The notes under the pieces were generated by a model. The model was not told the DNA's origin, did not search any database, and saw only the letters and a program-made list of their open reading frames with translations. The translations under genes were made by a program, and so were the position numbers. A DNA stretch of 61,490 nt, filler included, from Hausera hauseri (lineage: Eukaryota): the NCBI GenBank assembly GCA_046269625.1. It is 12 parts of 12 records of this genome, joined end to end, with 100 filler letters (N's around TTAATTAATTAA, not from the genome) between each part and the next. Parts side by side here need not be neighbours in the genome. Positions count along the whole stretch, not along the records: positions 32,551 to 39,532 come from JBJURY010046776.1; positions 39,633 to 45,477 come from JBJURY010180750.1; positions 45,578 to 52,005 come from JBJURY010101876.1; 9 more parts are not named here. The stretch is one strand, 5' to 3'. This document shows, in pieces, positions 38,716-52,005 of this stretch; the first letter of the stretch is position 1, and each line of letters opens with the position of its first letter.

Positions 38716-39532
38716 TAGGAATCAGTTCTACATATCACCGACCCTTCCATCGACAGCATAATTCAGAAATATTTTAATGAACACGCCATTGGAAATTAAA
38801 AACCATCGGATTTCCTCAAAACTGACATCTCGCAATTGGACTCTTTAGGCATGACTCCTATAAACAATGCCGATCTTCTTTGTCGGTATTTTCTTTCGTA
38901 TTTGCCAACCTCCATCTGAGCGCTGCGTACTGTAGTAGACGACTCTACTGCCCTTGAAAAACTCCCTTTGTTGGCAGAAAAAAGCTTTGATATTCTGCAG
39001 TCTAATAACTCACAGCCAGTAGCCGCAGCAAATGTCACACACTGTCAGACAACACCTTATTTACACAACAACTGCACATGATGCAGAAACAGTTCGACAC
39101 ACTCAAACAAGCAATTTCTGCAATCATAGCCCAACTCAGTGACTTATCTGTGTCCCGAGGAAGCGAAAATCGTATTACTCGCAATCGCAGTTTTTCTAGG
39201 CACTCTTCTTGTTATAAATCTAGAGATGGTAAAATGAAGTGTTTCTATCACAAAAAATTCTGCATAGATGCAAGGAAATGTGTTTTAGGCTGTCGATTCT
39301 ACGATGCACGATATGCCGTAGACAATCCAATCTGCATCTGTCACGCAAAGTGCCAGTCCAAGGCTAGGTCGTGAGTGCCAGGATGTAAACACTATAAAAG
39401 GAAATCTAGTTCTTTTCCATCTTCTTCGCCTCCGAGCACTTATCATTCCTCCTAGTTCTACCAACAAGTCTCAAAAAACCAATAATGCCACCAGATGCCA
39501 CGGCACATTCTGGTACAGGCAATATCATTCAA
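38716..39532 (+). mobile_element. Second CsRn1-like gag fragment, inverted relative to 33530-34330
   Basis: DNA closely matches the reverse complement of 33530-34330; CFYHKKFCIDARKCVLGC. Confidence 0.9.
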
Positions 39533-39632
39533 NNNNNNNNNNNNNNNNNNNNNNNNNNNNNNNNNNNNNNNNNNNNTTAATTAATTAANNNNNNNNNNNN
39601 NNNNNNNNNNNNNNNNNNNNNNNNNNNNNNNN

Positions 39633-40832
39633 GAATCGGAGATGCGAGTACAGAAAGTAATGTTACATAGCGTCACCAAACTATATACCGAGAATCAAAA
39701 ATGCCACTTACAAGACTAAACCTGTGCCTTCAGAAGTTACGTTATAATATGGAAACCTCCCTCTGGAAAAAACTGTAACTTTATCAAAATTAAGGAATTG
39801 AAATTTAGCGAAACTAACGGAAAACGATATGTATATAAATCCGATACCACCTCAAGGACACCCGAGGACGTAGCAGAACACCCTACGCCTACTATGTTGA
39901 TCTCTCACCAGCATGGACTAAAATTTATTAAGAAAGAAATGATCTCGCGTGGCGAAGTGGTGATGTTCGCCACTAATTATGAAGCATTTTTCGTTGCAGA
40001 AAAGGAAATAAATGCGAAAAGGTATAAGCTAGAAACGCAGGATATTCGGATTGAGGATTACCTTAAAAACCGAGACGATTATTTTTATTACAAAAGACAA
40101 GTTGGAATAACAGAATTATACCACAAAATGACAACAAATGATTGTAAATTGGATATAGAAATTATGAGGACAAAATAACCCTGAGTTAGCCTCTCCAATA
40201 ATTTCTATGAGAGAAAGAATTTTCGGTCGAGTTACTGGTGAAGTACTATTGACTTATGAACGTGAGAAAACAAACGTACCAATCAACGTTGAAGAAAAGT
40301 TTTGTATACAGGAACTTCCTGTTATTTAACAGAATACTCCAACATTAGCCACGCCGCTAGCTAGAGTGTTGTTAGACAATGCAACTGAACCCGTGTTTAG
40401 GCGTAGTGAAAGGGATTGGGTTAGTTTGCCAAATAGAGGTATTACTGCCGCTCCAAATAAATTAACGGTAATAAACCTCGCAAAAGGAATTACCTACAAT
40501 AAGTTTAAAGACACTTCGTCAAAGGGCTTATATAGGCCTAAGGAAATTGAAGCCTTCAGGCAGTTTCTCGCTTGATATAATCTAAATGGGAATCATTGCT
40601 TGCCGTAAACCATTACCAGCGAGTAACCACAGAAATACTCTACAAAATTTGGGGAAGAATTTTAATTTTTGGACAAGCCGCATCTGTATTTATTGATATA
40701 TTTCCTAATAAAATGATTAAGGTCGTCATCCAAGCAGTAATAAATGGGTATAAAATATTTACATTAACCGGATTTTCATGTAAAATACTGACTGCAATCA
40801 TAACGCCTTTTGGAAAGTTCATGAAAGCATAG
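39633..40832 (+). pseudogene. Chuvirus-like class III fusion glycoprotein, C-terminal half (copy A)
   Basis: FATNY, YLKNRDDYFY, GRVTGEVL, CIQELPV, KGLY, then hydrophobic IFGQAAS...VINGY.IF.LTGFSCKILTAI. Confidence 0.75.
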
Positions 40833-41469
40833 GAAGAAAGTAGATGGAAATCGGACGTAGAACGTCATGTCGCTTACCATAATCGTAAACAAAAAGGAAA
40901 ACCTATGTTCTTGTACAAGTGGAAATTCACAAAACTTAATACGTAAAGAAATAGGAGGAGAAGTACTCCCAAGAATATACAGACATAAGACGCATTCCAT
41001 CATTAAAGAACCATTGCCTATGCTACCCCCTACTGCTCCAGTCTATAAAGACTGTAACAAACGATTAATGAGCCCATATCAGACAGAAATCTATAAAAAT
41101 ACAATCAGTTTAGAAGACTTCTACGAAGGAACGAAACGTTATGTAGTCCCACGGAAAATGTGTTACCGACAGCCCGTTGAATACCCTAGAATATTGTATT
41201 CCCCGAGAGAACCTAGGAATATAGAAACTAAATCGCCTATCTGGGAAAATCCAAGGTTAAAAAGTTTCCGGAGTATAGAGAGAACCATTAATTAGTACTC
41301 ATGAAACGGAAGAATTAAACATCGAAATCAATGAATTATTTACAAACGGAGAAATAAGACAATTATCGGAAAACATAGTATCCTCCCCCGGAAATCCGAA
41401 TCAACGGACATAAAATATCGGCGACTAAATGCCCAAAAGTTGCGTCAAACTGTTTTGGAACAGTGCTAG

Positions 41470-44029
41470 AAGGAAGACCCTTCGCCAAAATCATTATTAA
41501 AGACTGGGAAATTTATGCATTAATCGATACAGGTTCTGAGATGTCTTACATTAAAAATGATTCAAGACCTCAACACTGAGAGGACAATTATGCCCACCAT
41601 CTACAAAGCATCCCGCAAGTACAGGAGCTTTTGGCCAAATGTCGAAACCGATGTTCGAATGGAACCTAGAAGTTTAAATAGTTGGACAGTTTTTCCGTCA
41701 TGAATTTGTAGTTGTGGAACAATTGACTGACGACGTAGTTTTAGGATATGATCTACTTAAAAGACTACCAAATATAGCAATTGATTTGCAGACAGGAAAA
41801 TTAATAGAAATCAGACCCAATAAAGGCGTAAAAAACACCGAGGATAGGAAATTTGGAGAAGTGTAGATACCAGTAGATGGAAATATTCCACCGAGAACAG
41901 AGATAATAATTTATGCTCAAATTCAGCAAGACGACGATCAACCGGCATATTTTGAACCAAAGGAGACATTAAATATGAATATAATACTCAGTAACGTACC
42001 GACAAGAGTACACTCCGGTCGTGTAGCGATCAGAATAGAAAATAATGCACAAATCCCCGTCAAGCTTTATGCTTATACTACTTTAGGAAATACGTATAGT
42101 GTCGTCTATAACTATTGAGGAAGAGCCTTATAAGTATGCCGAATTCCCACCTCATGTTGAAACTAAGTTTTCACCTGAATCTTACTGATGATTTTATGAA
42201 TTGTTGTGTCGCTATAAATCAATCATTGCTAAAGACGACGGGCAAAAGCGTTAAAGTTGACTATTCCGCTTAAGAAAAAGCTAGGTTCAAATAAAGAAAT
42301 AGATATTGAGGATCAAAAGATGCCGAATTGGTATCCTCCGCCACATTCATTATGGCCTGAGATAAAAAAGGACGTCGAACGGATGGTTAAGGCCGATATA
42401 ATTAAATCCAGCTATAGATCTTGGTATTCACCAGTTCTCATGGTTAAAAAGAAGGGTACTACAAAACATCGATTCTGTATTTAGTACATAGCATTACATA
42501 ATATTATGACGAAAGATTCTTTTCCATTGCAGTCAGTAAAAAAGGCTCTAGACAGACTGTCAGAAGCAAAATGGTTCACCACTCTGGACTTACAATCTAG
42601 GTATTGGCAAATAGAAATCGAGGACGAAGATCGGTATAAAACCGCATTCAAAACACACGATGGCGTTTAAGAATTCAACGTCATGCCATTCGGTATTACT
42701 GCCGGACCAGCTATTTTTACAAGAATGATGAAAAAGGCGCTAATGGGACAAGACCATGCTTTTGCATATTTAGACGACGTAATGATTGCGTCAAAGACAG
42801 AAGAGGAACACTTAAAAGATAGTGAACACACGCTGATGCGACTGGAACAGGCCGGACTAAAACTAAATTCGAAGAAATGTAAATTGGCTCAAAACGCAGT
42901 ATTTTGCGTTGGCCATATAGTTGGAGAAGGAGGATCTAAACCAGACAAATCGTTATTGAACAAAATATCAGATTGCATGGAGCCACAAAATCAGAAGGAG
43001 TTGAGACATGGGCTAGGTCTCTGTGATGTAAAGAACTGGGTAAATGCTTGTGAAGTATGCGCGACTAAAGAAAAGAAGAAAAAAATTAAATGGCGGAACT
43101 GAAACCAATCGACGTACCGGAGAGACCCATGCAGGCCATGTCAGTGGATATCGTAGGACCACTACCTACGACCAATAAAAATAATAAATATATCTTAACT
43201 TGATTTGACCGACTAAGTATTTTGTCGAGTTGATAGCGTTAATTGATCAAAAGGTGGAAACATTTGCCGAAGCTGTAGTAAGAAGAATAATTTGCCGATA
43301 TGGGCTGCCAGACCAAATACTAATAGATCGAAAAAGAAATTTTACCGGTGAACTATTCGAGAAGATTAGCAAAATATTTGAAATCGAAAGGTTTACCACT
43401 ACCGCGTATTATCTCCAGTGTAATGGAATGGTTGAACTGATGAATGCAACTGTCATACGCATACTATCAACAGTAGTAGCTAAAAACCAAAAAGATTGGG
43501 ACAAATTTTTAAAAGGAACTCAATTTGAGATTAATACCACCCCACAGCCGGAAACAGGGTTCATGCCATTTTTCATGATGTACGGACGTGAAGCCGTGTT
43601 ACCCACAGACTTAGGAATGACACCATACATGGTCAATACCGAAGATCTAGAACAAAACTTCGCAGAAGTATTACAGACGCGACTACAAAACTGTTGGGAA
43701 ATCGCCAAGGAGAATACCAAGAATATCAAGAACAGTTTAAAAAGAAATATGATAAGAAAGCAAAACCGCATGCTTGAGAACGTGGAAATTGGGTTTATGT
43801 ACATTATCCATTAGCCAAGAAGGGCTCCTCATTAAAACTGACTCGGACGGGCCGAGAACCGTACGAAATTACTAGAGTTACGCCAACTACGGTGTATATT
43901 AACAAGAATGGAAAGGAAGAAGTCATATAAGTACAAAGAGATGTTAAGACGGAGATACAGCCCAATAAACGTTACAATTTACGCCAACGCGAGAAAAAAA
44001 CTTCTTCAATAATTGCTAGACAGATATAA
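41470..44029 (+). mobile_element. Ty3/Gypsy pol, copy A (PR-RT-IN; RNase H deleted)
   Basis: LIDTGS at 41526, WYSPVLMV, MPFGIT, YLDD, jump to CEVC at about 43024, VDIVGPLP, CNGMVE, ends RYNLR. Confidence 0.93.
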
Positions 44030-45433
44030 TACTTTCAGATACTTTTAGCACTAACATTAATTGCTTCTTATATCCCAAGAACACAAACTCAATGGTGGGA
44101 CAATGAAACTACGGTAGAAGACGTATATGGAATAAGGAAGAGCAGACTAAAAGAGAAAAATACCATAGCGGAGAAGAAACCAACGGTTGAAGAGATCCAA
44201 AATCGAGAAGACACTATTTTGTTACAATCAATGAAGGTTTATTATGTTTGCCAGACGCCGTGTGCGTCGGATTTAAAACTTGGAGACCGCATCATGATTT
44301 CGGAAGATTTCAAATTGTCCTATACTATGTAACATCAAAGGAAGCGAAAAACTGTGATTTTGAACCTGGATATTATACACAATGCTGCGAAATAGATTCT
44401 GGACACATCTAAGACCTTACTTATCGATTTTACTTACCGGACTCAACGGAACATTATGTCGCAATAAACCCACAACTTCAGTTAGTTATTCCTGCTTGGA
44501 TTAAACGATTTGAAGTGAAAACAGACGAAATGCTACAATCTATCGACCCAAAAATAAGGCCATTAGATGAAAATATCAAAAGGATCTTAAAAAATAAAGA
44601 AAAACAATGCATCCAAGTAGAAGCTGGAACAGGATTAACTCGTAGTCAAGAAATTAGTATCGTTTTCGAAGCAGTAAACGGAAAAACTCCGAGAATAAAT
44701 TACAGTTCTATTCATGCCGGTATGTAACACACATGTTGTAAGCTACCTGTAAACCAAGAATTCAAAATAAAATTTGACCTATATGAGGTATGACCGAACA
44801 AACCAAGAAAACATTTGCGAACTTATTACCCAACGAATAGAATATGGAGGATTCCAATAGAAACGACAACCGAAAGGCCGACTACTCGAGTCAGTACCAT
44901 TACGAAATCCGTTACATCAAACAGTGTGCTTAAAAGAAAATTAGAAAGTATACATATTAAATATTTGGCATATCGATTTAAAATTGTGTTCTTTGTAGAC
45001 GAAAAACTAAATTACGATATACATATAAGCTGCCGAACAAAGTATAATCATCAAATTGTAACACTACTTAACAACACTTGCCAGACAGAATGCAATTTGC
45101 TAAAGCCACTATCCGATTACATAGTAAAAGTATATGCAAAGGATAAACAAAATAAAACAATTACATTGCGTACCTTAGATAAAATTCATGCAGAATCGTA
45201 TATATGAAAATATAGACGATGAAATCACAACTCCACTCACCACGCAAGCACCAATGGAATTAACCACTTTACCGATCATATCCGTTGTCGTACTATAAAC
45301 GTTTGTTCTCACCATCTTAATTGCGACTTTTTGATTAGTTGCCAAAAATTGTCATTTTAAGCGTCCTAAAACTACCGAATGGGAACTAAGGGAATTGGAA
45401 ACCCTTAGTGATCCGTATGATAAAATAACCTGA
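44030..45433 (+). pseudogene. Type I membrane glycoprotein with FN3-like domain downstream of integrase
   Basis: Signal-like FQILLALTLIASY, paired-Cys ectodomain, T-rich linkers, LKPLSDYIVKVYAKD, TM PIISVVVL.TFVLTILIATF.LV, short tail. Confidence 0.65.
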
Positions 45434-45577
45434 CAACTACAGAGCGGGTTATTCTATCATCTAACAAAGAATTGGTTNNNNNNNNNNNNNNNNNNNNNNN
45501 NNNNNNNNNNNNNNNNNNNNNTTAATTAATTAANNNNNNNNNNNNNNNNNNNNNNNNNNNNNNNNNNNNNNNNNNNN

Positions 45578-48260
45578 CACTAGTGACACAAGTTCAACAA
45601 AATGAGTCAAGCGATCTATACATGTCAGAATGTATTTATTATTCTTATGAGTTGCAGGTAACGGTCATACAATATCTATGGACATTGCTTGCATTGGTCT
45701 GTCCGATACGTTTATTGGCCTGAGTTCGGGAATGTAGTTTTTCACTTTCTTCTTGGTTGCGCATACTTCGCAAGCATTTACCCAATTCTTCACATCGATG
45801 TATACGCTTGACCAGTAATATTTAGTACCATTCCTAATGTCTTTGTCCATGACATGTCCGGCTAAGTATGAGTCATGTTCGGCCATTAGTATTGCCGTGC
45901 GTAACCCTTTTGGTATGACTACCAACTTTCGTCCTTTCTACTCATAATACAGTACATTTTCATGGCTCGTGTTTCCTGTTACGGAGTATTTGTGACCATG
46001 TTTTTGCAAATGTTTCCGTAACTGGTGTCCTTTCGGTGTTATTTCCCTTTCTACAAACTCAATGATTTGTACAACCTTGTCCTTCCTTTGTTCAACAGAA
46101 ATTTTAATTGCTTTATCCAATATTAGAGCTCGTTGTCTGTCTAATAGTTCATTGAGCTGAGCTTTTCTCATTACAGTAATTGCGCTCGTTTTAGTTTTAA
46201 GCCTTGATGGTGCATCAGCATCGACATGTTTGCTTCCGGGTTTGTATTGAAATTCAATGTTATACCGTTAGATCTCTTCGATCTATCGGTTGAGTCTACC
46301 TTTCAAAGTTGTAACTGCCTTGTGATCCGTAACAATTATAATCTGTCCGTAGACGTATACGCTAAAGTGTCGTAGAGCTTCTTTTACAGCTAACGTTTCT
46401 AATTCCGTGACCGAGTAATTCTTTTCAGCCTTCTTTAGTGATCACCATCTGTATACGATTGGATGTTTTAGTTTTTCATCCTCTTGTTTTTGAGCTAACT
46501 CATCCGATGCCGTCTTTACTGGCATCCGTTTTAATTATAAACGATAGGTTAAAATCGGAATACCTTAAAACAGGTTCGTTAATTAAGATTTTCTTCATTT
46601 TGTCGAAAGCTTTTTGTTCGACGTCCGTCCATTTCCATTTAATTCCCTTTTAAGTAAACGATACAAAGGCGCATTTATTTTTGAATTATCCGGTACAAGT
46701 GGCGTAATACCCACATAAACCTAACCAGTGTCGCAACTCCTTTTGGTTCTGGGGTTCCATACAATCTGATATCTTAACAACGATTTATCAGGTTTCGACC
46801 CTACTCCAACTATATGTTCGAGATAGGATACAGCGTTTTGAGCCCATTTACATTTCTTGGGATTCAATTTCAATCCAGCTTGGTCCTCTCTCATGAGCGT
46901 GTCCTCAATATCCTTTAAATGTTCTGTCTTCGATGTAATCATTACGTCGTCCAGATATGCGAACGCGTTTTTCAATCCCATTAGCATCTTGTTCATCATT
47001 CGCGTAAAAATGGCGGGTCCAGTAGTTATCCCGAATGGCATGACATTAAATTCGTATACACCATCGTGCGTTGTAAGCGCAGTTTTGTAGCGATCTATTT
47101 CTTCTTGCCAATATCCGGATTGTAGATCGAGTGTGGTACACCATTTTGCTCCGGAAAGTCTATCGAGGGCTTCTTTTACTGATGGTAAAGGAAAGGAATC
47201 TTTCATCATAAGTGTTTAACGCTCTATAATCGATACAAAATCGATGCTTTGTAGTACCTTTTTTCTTGACCATGAGTATAGGTGAGTACCAAGATCTATA
47301 GGTTGGTCTAATTATGTGGGGCTTTAGCATGCATTCGACTTTTGTTATCTCCGGCCTTAAAGAGTGCGGAGGGGATACCATTTCGGCATTTTTTGATCCT
47401 CGAAGTCTATTTCATTTTTGGAGCCAGGATTTTTAAGTGGAATTGTTAGTCTCAGGGCTTTGGCTCTGCCAATGTCTTCGTCTCTTGCGATGACTGAGCT
47501 ATAATGATAACGTAATTCGTAAAATCGACAGTATGCTTCTGGCGAAAATTTAGTTTCAACGTTGAAGTGGGAATTCGGCACATTTGTAAGGTTTTTCTTC
47601 AATAGTTATTGACGATACTCTATATGTATGACCCAAGGTGGTATTGGTATACATATACATATTGGTATATATATTGATCGGGGTTTGCATTATTAGCTAT
47701 TCTGATGGGCACACGGCTCGTCGATACTCTTGTTAATATGTTGCTGAGTACGATACTTGGGCTTAACGATATCTTTGGTTCAAAATACACTGGTTGGCCG
47801 TCGTCTTGACGCATCTGAGCATATATTAACACCTCGGTTCTAGGTGGAATGTTCTCGTCCATTGGAATCCATACTTCTCCGAATTGTCTATCTTTGGTGG
47901 TTTTAACTCCCTTTATCGTACCGAGCTCTATTAATTTCCCTGCATGAAAGTCTATTGCTATATTGGGTAATTGTCTCAACAGATCACATCCTAAGACTAC
48001 ATCGTTTGTTAACTGTTTCATTACTGAAAATTCGTGATGAAATGACTGTCCCATTATGCGAATTTCTGGCTTCCATCGGAATTTGCTTTTCGACGACTGT
48101 TCAAAAGCTCCAGTACTTCCTGGATCTGTTGTTGGAGGTGGATATAGTTGTTTCCTCAGAAACTGCGGTATTGAGTTGTTTTATCAGTCATATCTCCGAT
48201 CCTGTGTCTATGAATGCGTAAACTTCCCAATCTTCTAACTGAATTTTCGCGAAGGGTCTA
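45578..48260 (-). mobile_element. Ty3/Gypsy pol, copy B (PR-RT-RH-IN start)
   Basis: FIDTGS, CIDYRALN, TLDLQSGYWQ, YLDD, KTDASK.GIG, TDHK, HDSYLAGH, CEVC. Confidence 0.95.
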
Positions 48261-48949
48261 CCTTCGATTACCGTATCATAGTTATTTGGCCCTATCTTGG
48301 GATGCTGAACCGTTGACACCTTATAGTTGTTAATTCTAACTTCGGTGGTTGCAACTGGCTCGGCGATTAACTGTTTTAGTACTCCATTTGGGTACAGTTC
48401 ATTGTTTGTGCAATTGACGTTTTCCATTTCCTGGCTTATAACTGGCAGCTGTATTTCTTGGTTCCTGAAACTCTGCGTCTCATGGTCTCTTGAGAATGTT
48501 GATCGTATTTCGTTCGGCCTGGGTACTCTAGGTGAATAAATTATTCCATGGTTATCGACTGCTGAGCGACGATATGGGGCAGATGTTCTTTTCGTTTCGT
48601 GTACTTTACGCAATATTCCGTAGTGTTTTGTTCCCTCATAGGGATCCTCAAGGCTGAACGGTTTTTTATAGATATCCGTTTGGTATAAGCTCGCAGATTG
48701 TTTCTCAGTCTTCATATATAGGTGCAGTGGGCGGTAGTATTGGTAAGGGTGGTTTCATAACGGAATAGTCTTTGTGTCTATTTATCTTCGAGATGACGTC
48801 TCCTCCCTTAGGCTCGTCATCGCCAAAGTTATCTCGTCGTGTCTTGACATTCACGAATTGACGTTTGTAACTGAATGTCTCCTTTCACGTTTTCTATTAT
48901 GATAGCGAACATGTCGTTCCGCATCCGCTTTCCATCTACTTCGTAAGGC

Positions 48950-50700
48950 TTTAAGAATTTGCCGAAAGGTGTCATAATAGCCGTTAAAATTTTGCATGAG
49001 AATCCTGTCAAAGTGAATATTTCATATCCATTTATAATCGATTGAATTATCTCTTTAACCAGTTGAATTAAGAAATAGATTGCTAAGAATCCAGATGCGG
49101 CTTGTCCGAATATCAGAAATCTTCTCCAGATTTTATACAGTATTTCTGTGGTCACTGATAGTAGTTGATACCAATTACGATTCCCATTTTGCTTGATAAC
49201 GCGAGTCTTCTAGTATTATATGCATTGCTCTGTTTAATTCATGTGTGCGTTGGCGTGGAAAAGCGAGAAATTGTCCAAATGCCTCTACTTCTTTTGGTCC
49301 GTAAATACCCTTTGCTGCAGTATCTTGAAACCTATCGATTAATCCCCTTATTAAATTCGTTCCCGTTAGCTTGACGGGCGGCGTTATTATACAACCATTT
49401 GGTAAACTTACCCTATCTGTTTCACTACGTATAAACATGGGTTCTTCTACACTGGTCTTACAATCCTTCAGAATCGTGGGTTGGGTGGAGATTGCCAGTA
49501 ACACTGGTAATTGACATCACTAATTTCGGTATGTCCTGATATATTACGGGAAGTCCTTGAATGCACCTCTTCTCTTCCACGTTAATAGGTACATTCTTCT
49601 CAGCAGAACCTCCCCGGTCACCCGTCCAAAAACGCCTTCTTTCATCGGAATTATTGGTGACAATAGCTAGGGATTGGTATATATTAAAGCCAGTTTGGTT
49701 CTCATGACTTTACAGTCATTTACAGTCATTTTGTGGTATAACTCAGCTATTCCGGCGTGCCCTTTGTAGTATAAATAGTCGTCTCTATTTTTCAAATAAT
49801 CCTCAATTCGGATATCTTGAGTCTCAAGCTTGAATGTTTTGGCATTTATCTCAGTCTCAGCTACAAGGAACGCTTCATAATTAGTGGCATACATTACTAC
49901 ATCGCATCTTCACAAATTTTAACCCGAGAGTATAGGAAATTAATATTGTGGGTGTGGGATGTTCAGATACATCCTCTCGCGTTTTTGAGTTTGTATCCGT
50001 TTTACTTACGTAGCGTTTTTCTGTTGTTTCGTTGAACTTAAGTTCTTTAATTTTAATAAAATTGTAATCGGTCTTGGCTGAAGGTTCCCAAATTACTACT
50101 GAACTTCTAAAAACACAGGTGCCATCTTGTATGTGGCACTTGGTTTTCCGTATAGAGCTTAGCAACGCTATGAAACATCACTTTCTGTGAATGCATCTCG
50201 GTTTCGTAGAAATCCACAACCACTATGTTTGACTCTAATCCCTTTCCAGTATCGTATTCTGCGCCATTACAGTGACCCGTAAGCATATTTAATCTTCCTG
50301 CTGTTACTTTGTATACTCTGATTATTTTCCATTGCTGCATTTCTAATTCTTGCCGTCCCATTTCAGCCTGCCTGTTTCTCTAGCCTGTTTACAATGTTGG
50401 AGTTCTAAATTCATTGGAATTAGTGGGGTCGTCGGCTTAATTATAGATGAATGTCCGTGTATTAATCCACAATGGAAAATACTGCGAGATCGTCGTAACT
50501 TGCATTCTATCCCGTCCAATGAAACTGACTCTCGTTGCTGATACAGTACGTATCTTCTTTCTTTTGTTTCTAATTTATGTGGCCTCGCATCTTCGCACAT
50601 GTCCAAATCCATCGAATCTGAATTTGTCAAAGTCATATATTGTAACTTCTCCCATTTGTCTTATTAACATCATCACGGTCAGGAAATTGAGTAGCCAGTT
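48950..50700 (-). pseudogene. Full-length chuvirus-like class III fusion glycoprotein (copy B), upstream of PR
   Basis: Signal WLLNFLTVMMLI, ECKLRRSRSIFHCGLIHGHSS, CKQARETG, GHCNGAEY, CHIQDGTC...W, GEVL, CIQGLPV, GIY, FGQAASGFLAIYFLIQLVK. Confidence 0.8.
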
Positions 50701-52005
50701 GGGCTCGTTTCCCCGATTATTTGCCATTGAATTCCGTAACATATCTTCTAATCTACTATTACCCGTTTTGTTCTTCTTTTTCGAATAGTTTGGATCAATT
50801 TACTTCTCGGGGTAACTTCCTGGCAGTCCTTCGCGCTAGTCTAGTGGCCTTATTAAGTTCATTTTCTCCGGCAGGGTTTGTTTTAATGGCTAAATATAGT
50901 AAATCTTCTATGGTGTTCTCTACCATAATTTTTTCGATCACCGATTCATCGCTTAAGGTGCTTCTCGATAATTTACATCGGAAATTTCGTATTGTTTTGG
51001 CTGCATTGTATAAAGATTTCTCTTCATATAATACATCGCCACAGAGACTAGAGTGGTTTACTATGCGTATCAAGTTCTTCATAAGTTAATTCAGCTCTTC
51101 GTTTTCTGCACTATAGGTTGGTATGGACATTTTCCTCAACTCCCTAATTAAATCTCCGTTAAAATCAGTCTCCTCTCGTGTGTTCCGCGGACTGCCAACA
51201 GGATGCTTCTGTTTCACCATATCTGGTGCGGTTTTGTTGGATGGTACTAGATTATTATCATACTGTTCCTTGTCTTCGTCCGTTTGCAAGTATTCGAAGT
51301 ACATTGCTGTATCTCGAACTCCCACGATTCATCCTACGCACTTATTTGTTTTTAGCTTTCCTTGTGGCCTCTTTTTGTCTCCTGTAGCGACCGTTACTAC
51401 TATTTGATTCGTTTCGCCTGGGATAATTCCGACGTCTATTGCTCCAGTTCATCCAATATTCTACCTCTAAAGTAAAGTCTATAGTTCAGTTGGCTTGCGT
51501 AACCATTACCCATTATTCCCTGTACCACGTATCTCACACAGGAGTGCGTCGTAAATTCGCACTTTTTCGTCCATCCTGTCCGACGTTATATTTACCTTAA
51601 TCGACTCTTCGGGTCTAGCCCTTAAGATTTTAGCATACTCCTTTATCAAAAGCTTTGGCGCGGCACTGTATATTGTACCCTCGCTAGATAGTTTAGTCAG
51701 AATATGTACTAAGTGTCTCAACTGATTTTCAGTAAGGTTTACATTAATTAACTTAATTAGATTTTTTTTTCAGTTTGTGCTGAGTCTAGAAGCATTTCCA
51801 CACTGAATCTCCGATCCTGCGGACATGTCTCCGCTACGTACAAACGTACAGGGGTTTTTGGCTTCTCAGACATTATTGCGTCTAAGTATGCATCCAATTC
51901 TGGTTCGTTCTCACTGTTTGGCAGTCTGTAATCAACCGTTGACATGTCCTCTGGTTGAGCCGTTTCCACATTCCGTGCTGATTTTCTTAAATCGCGTAAA
52001 CTCCG
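50701..52005 (-). pseudogene. N-terminal polyprotein region of copy B, including a ubiquitin-like domain (about 51390-51603)
   Basis: Colinear with 58990-60260; NYRLYFRGRILDELEQ.DVGIIPGETNQIVVTV. Confidence 0.7.
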
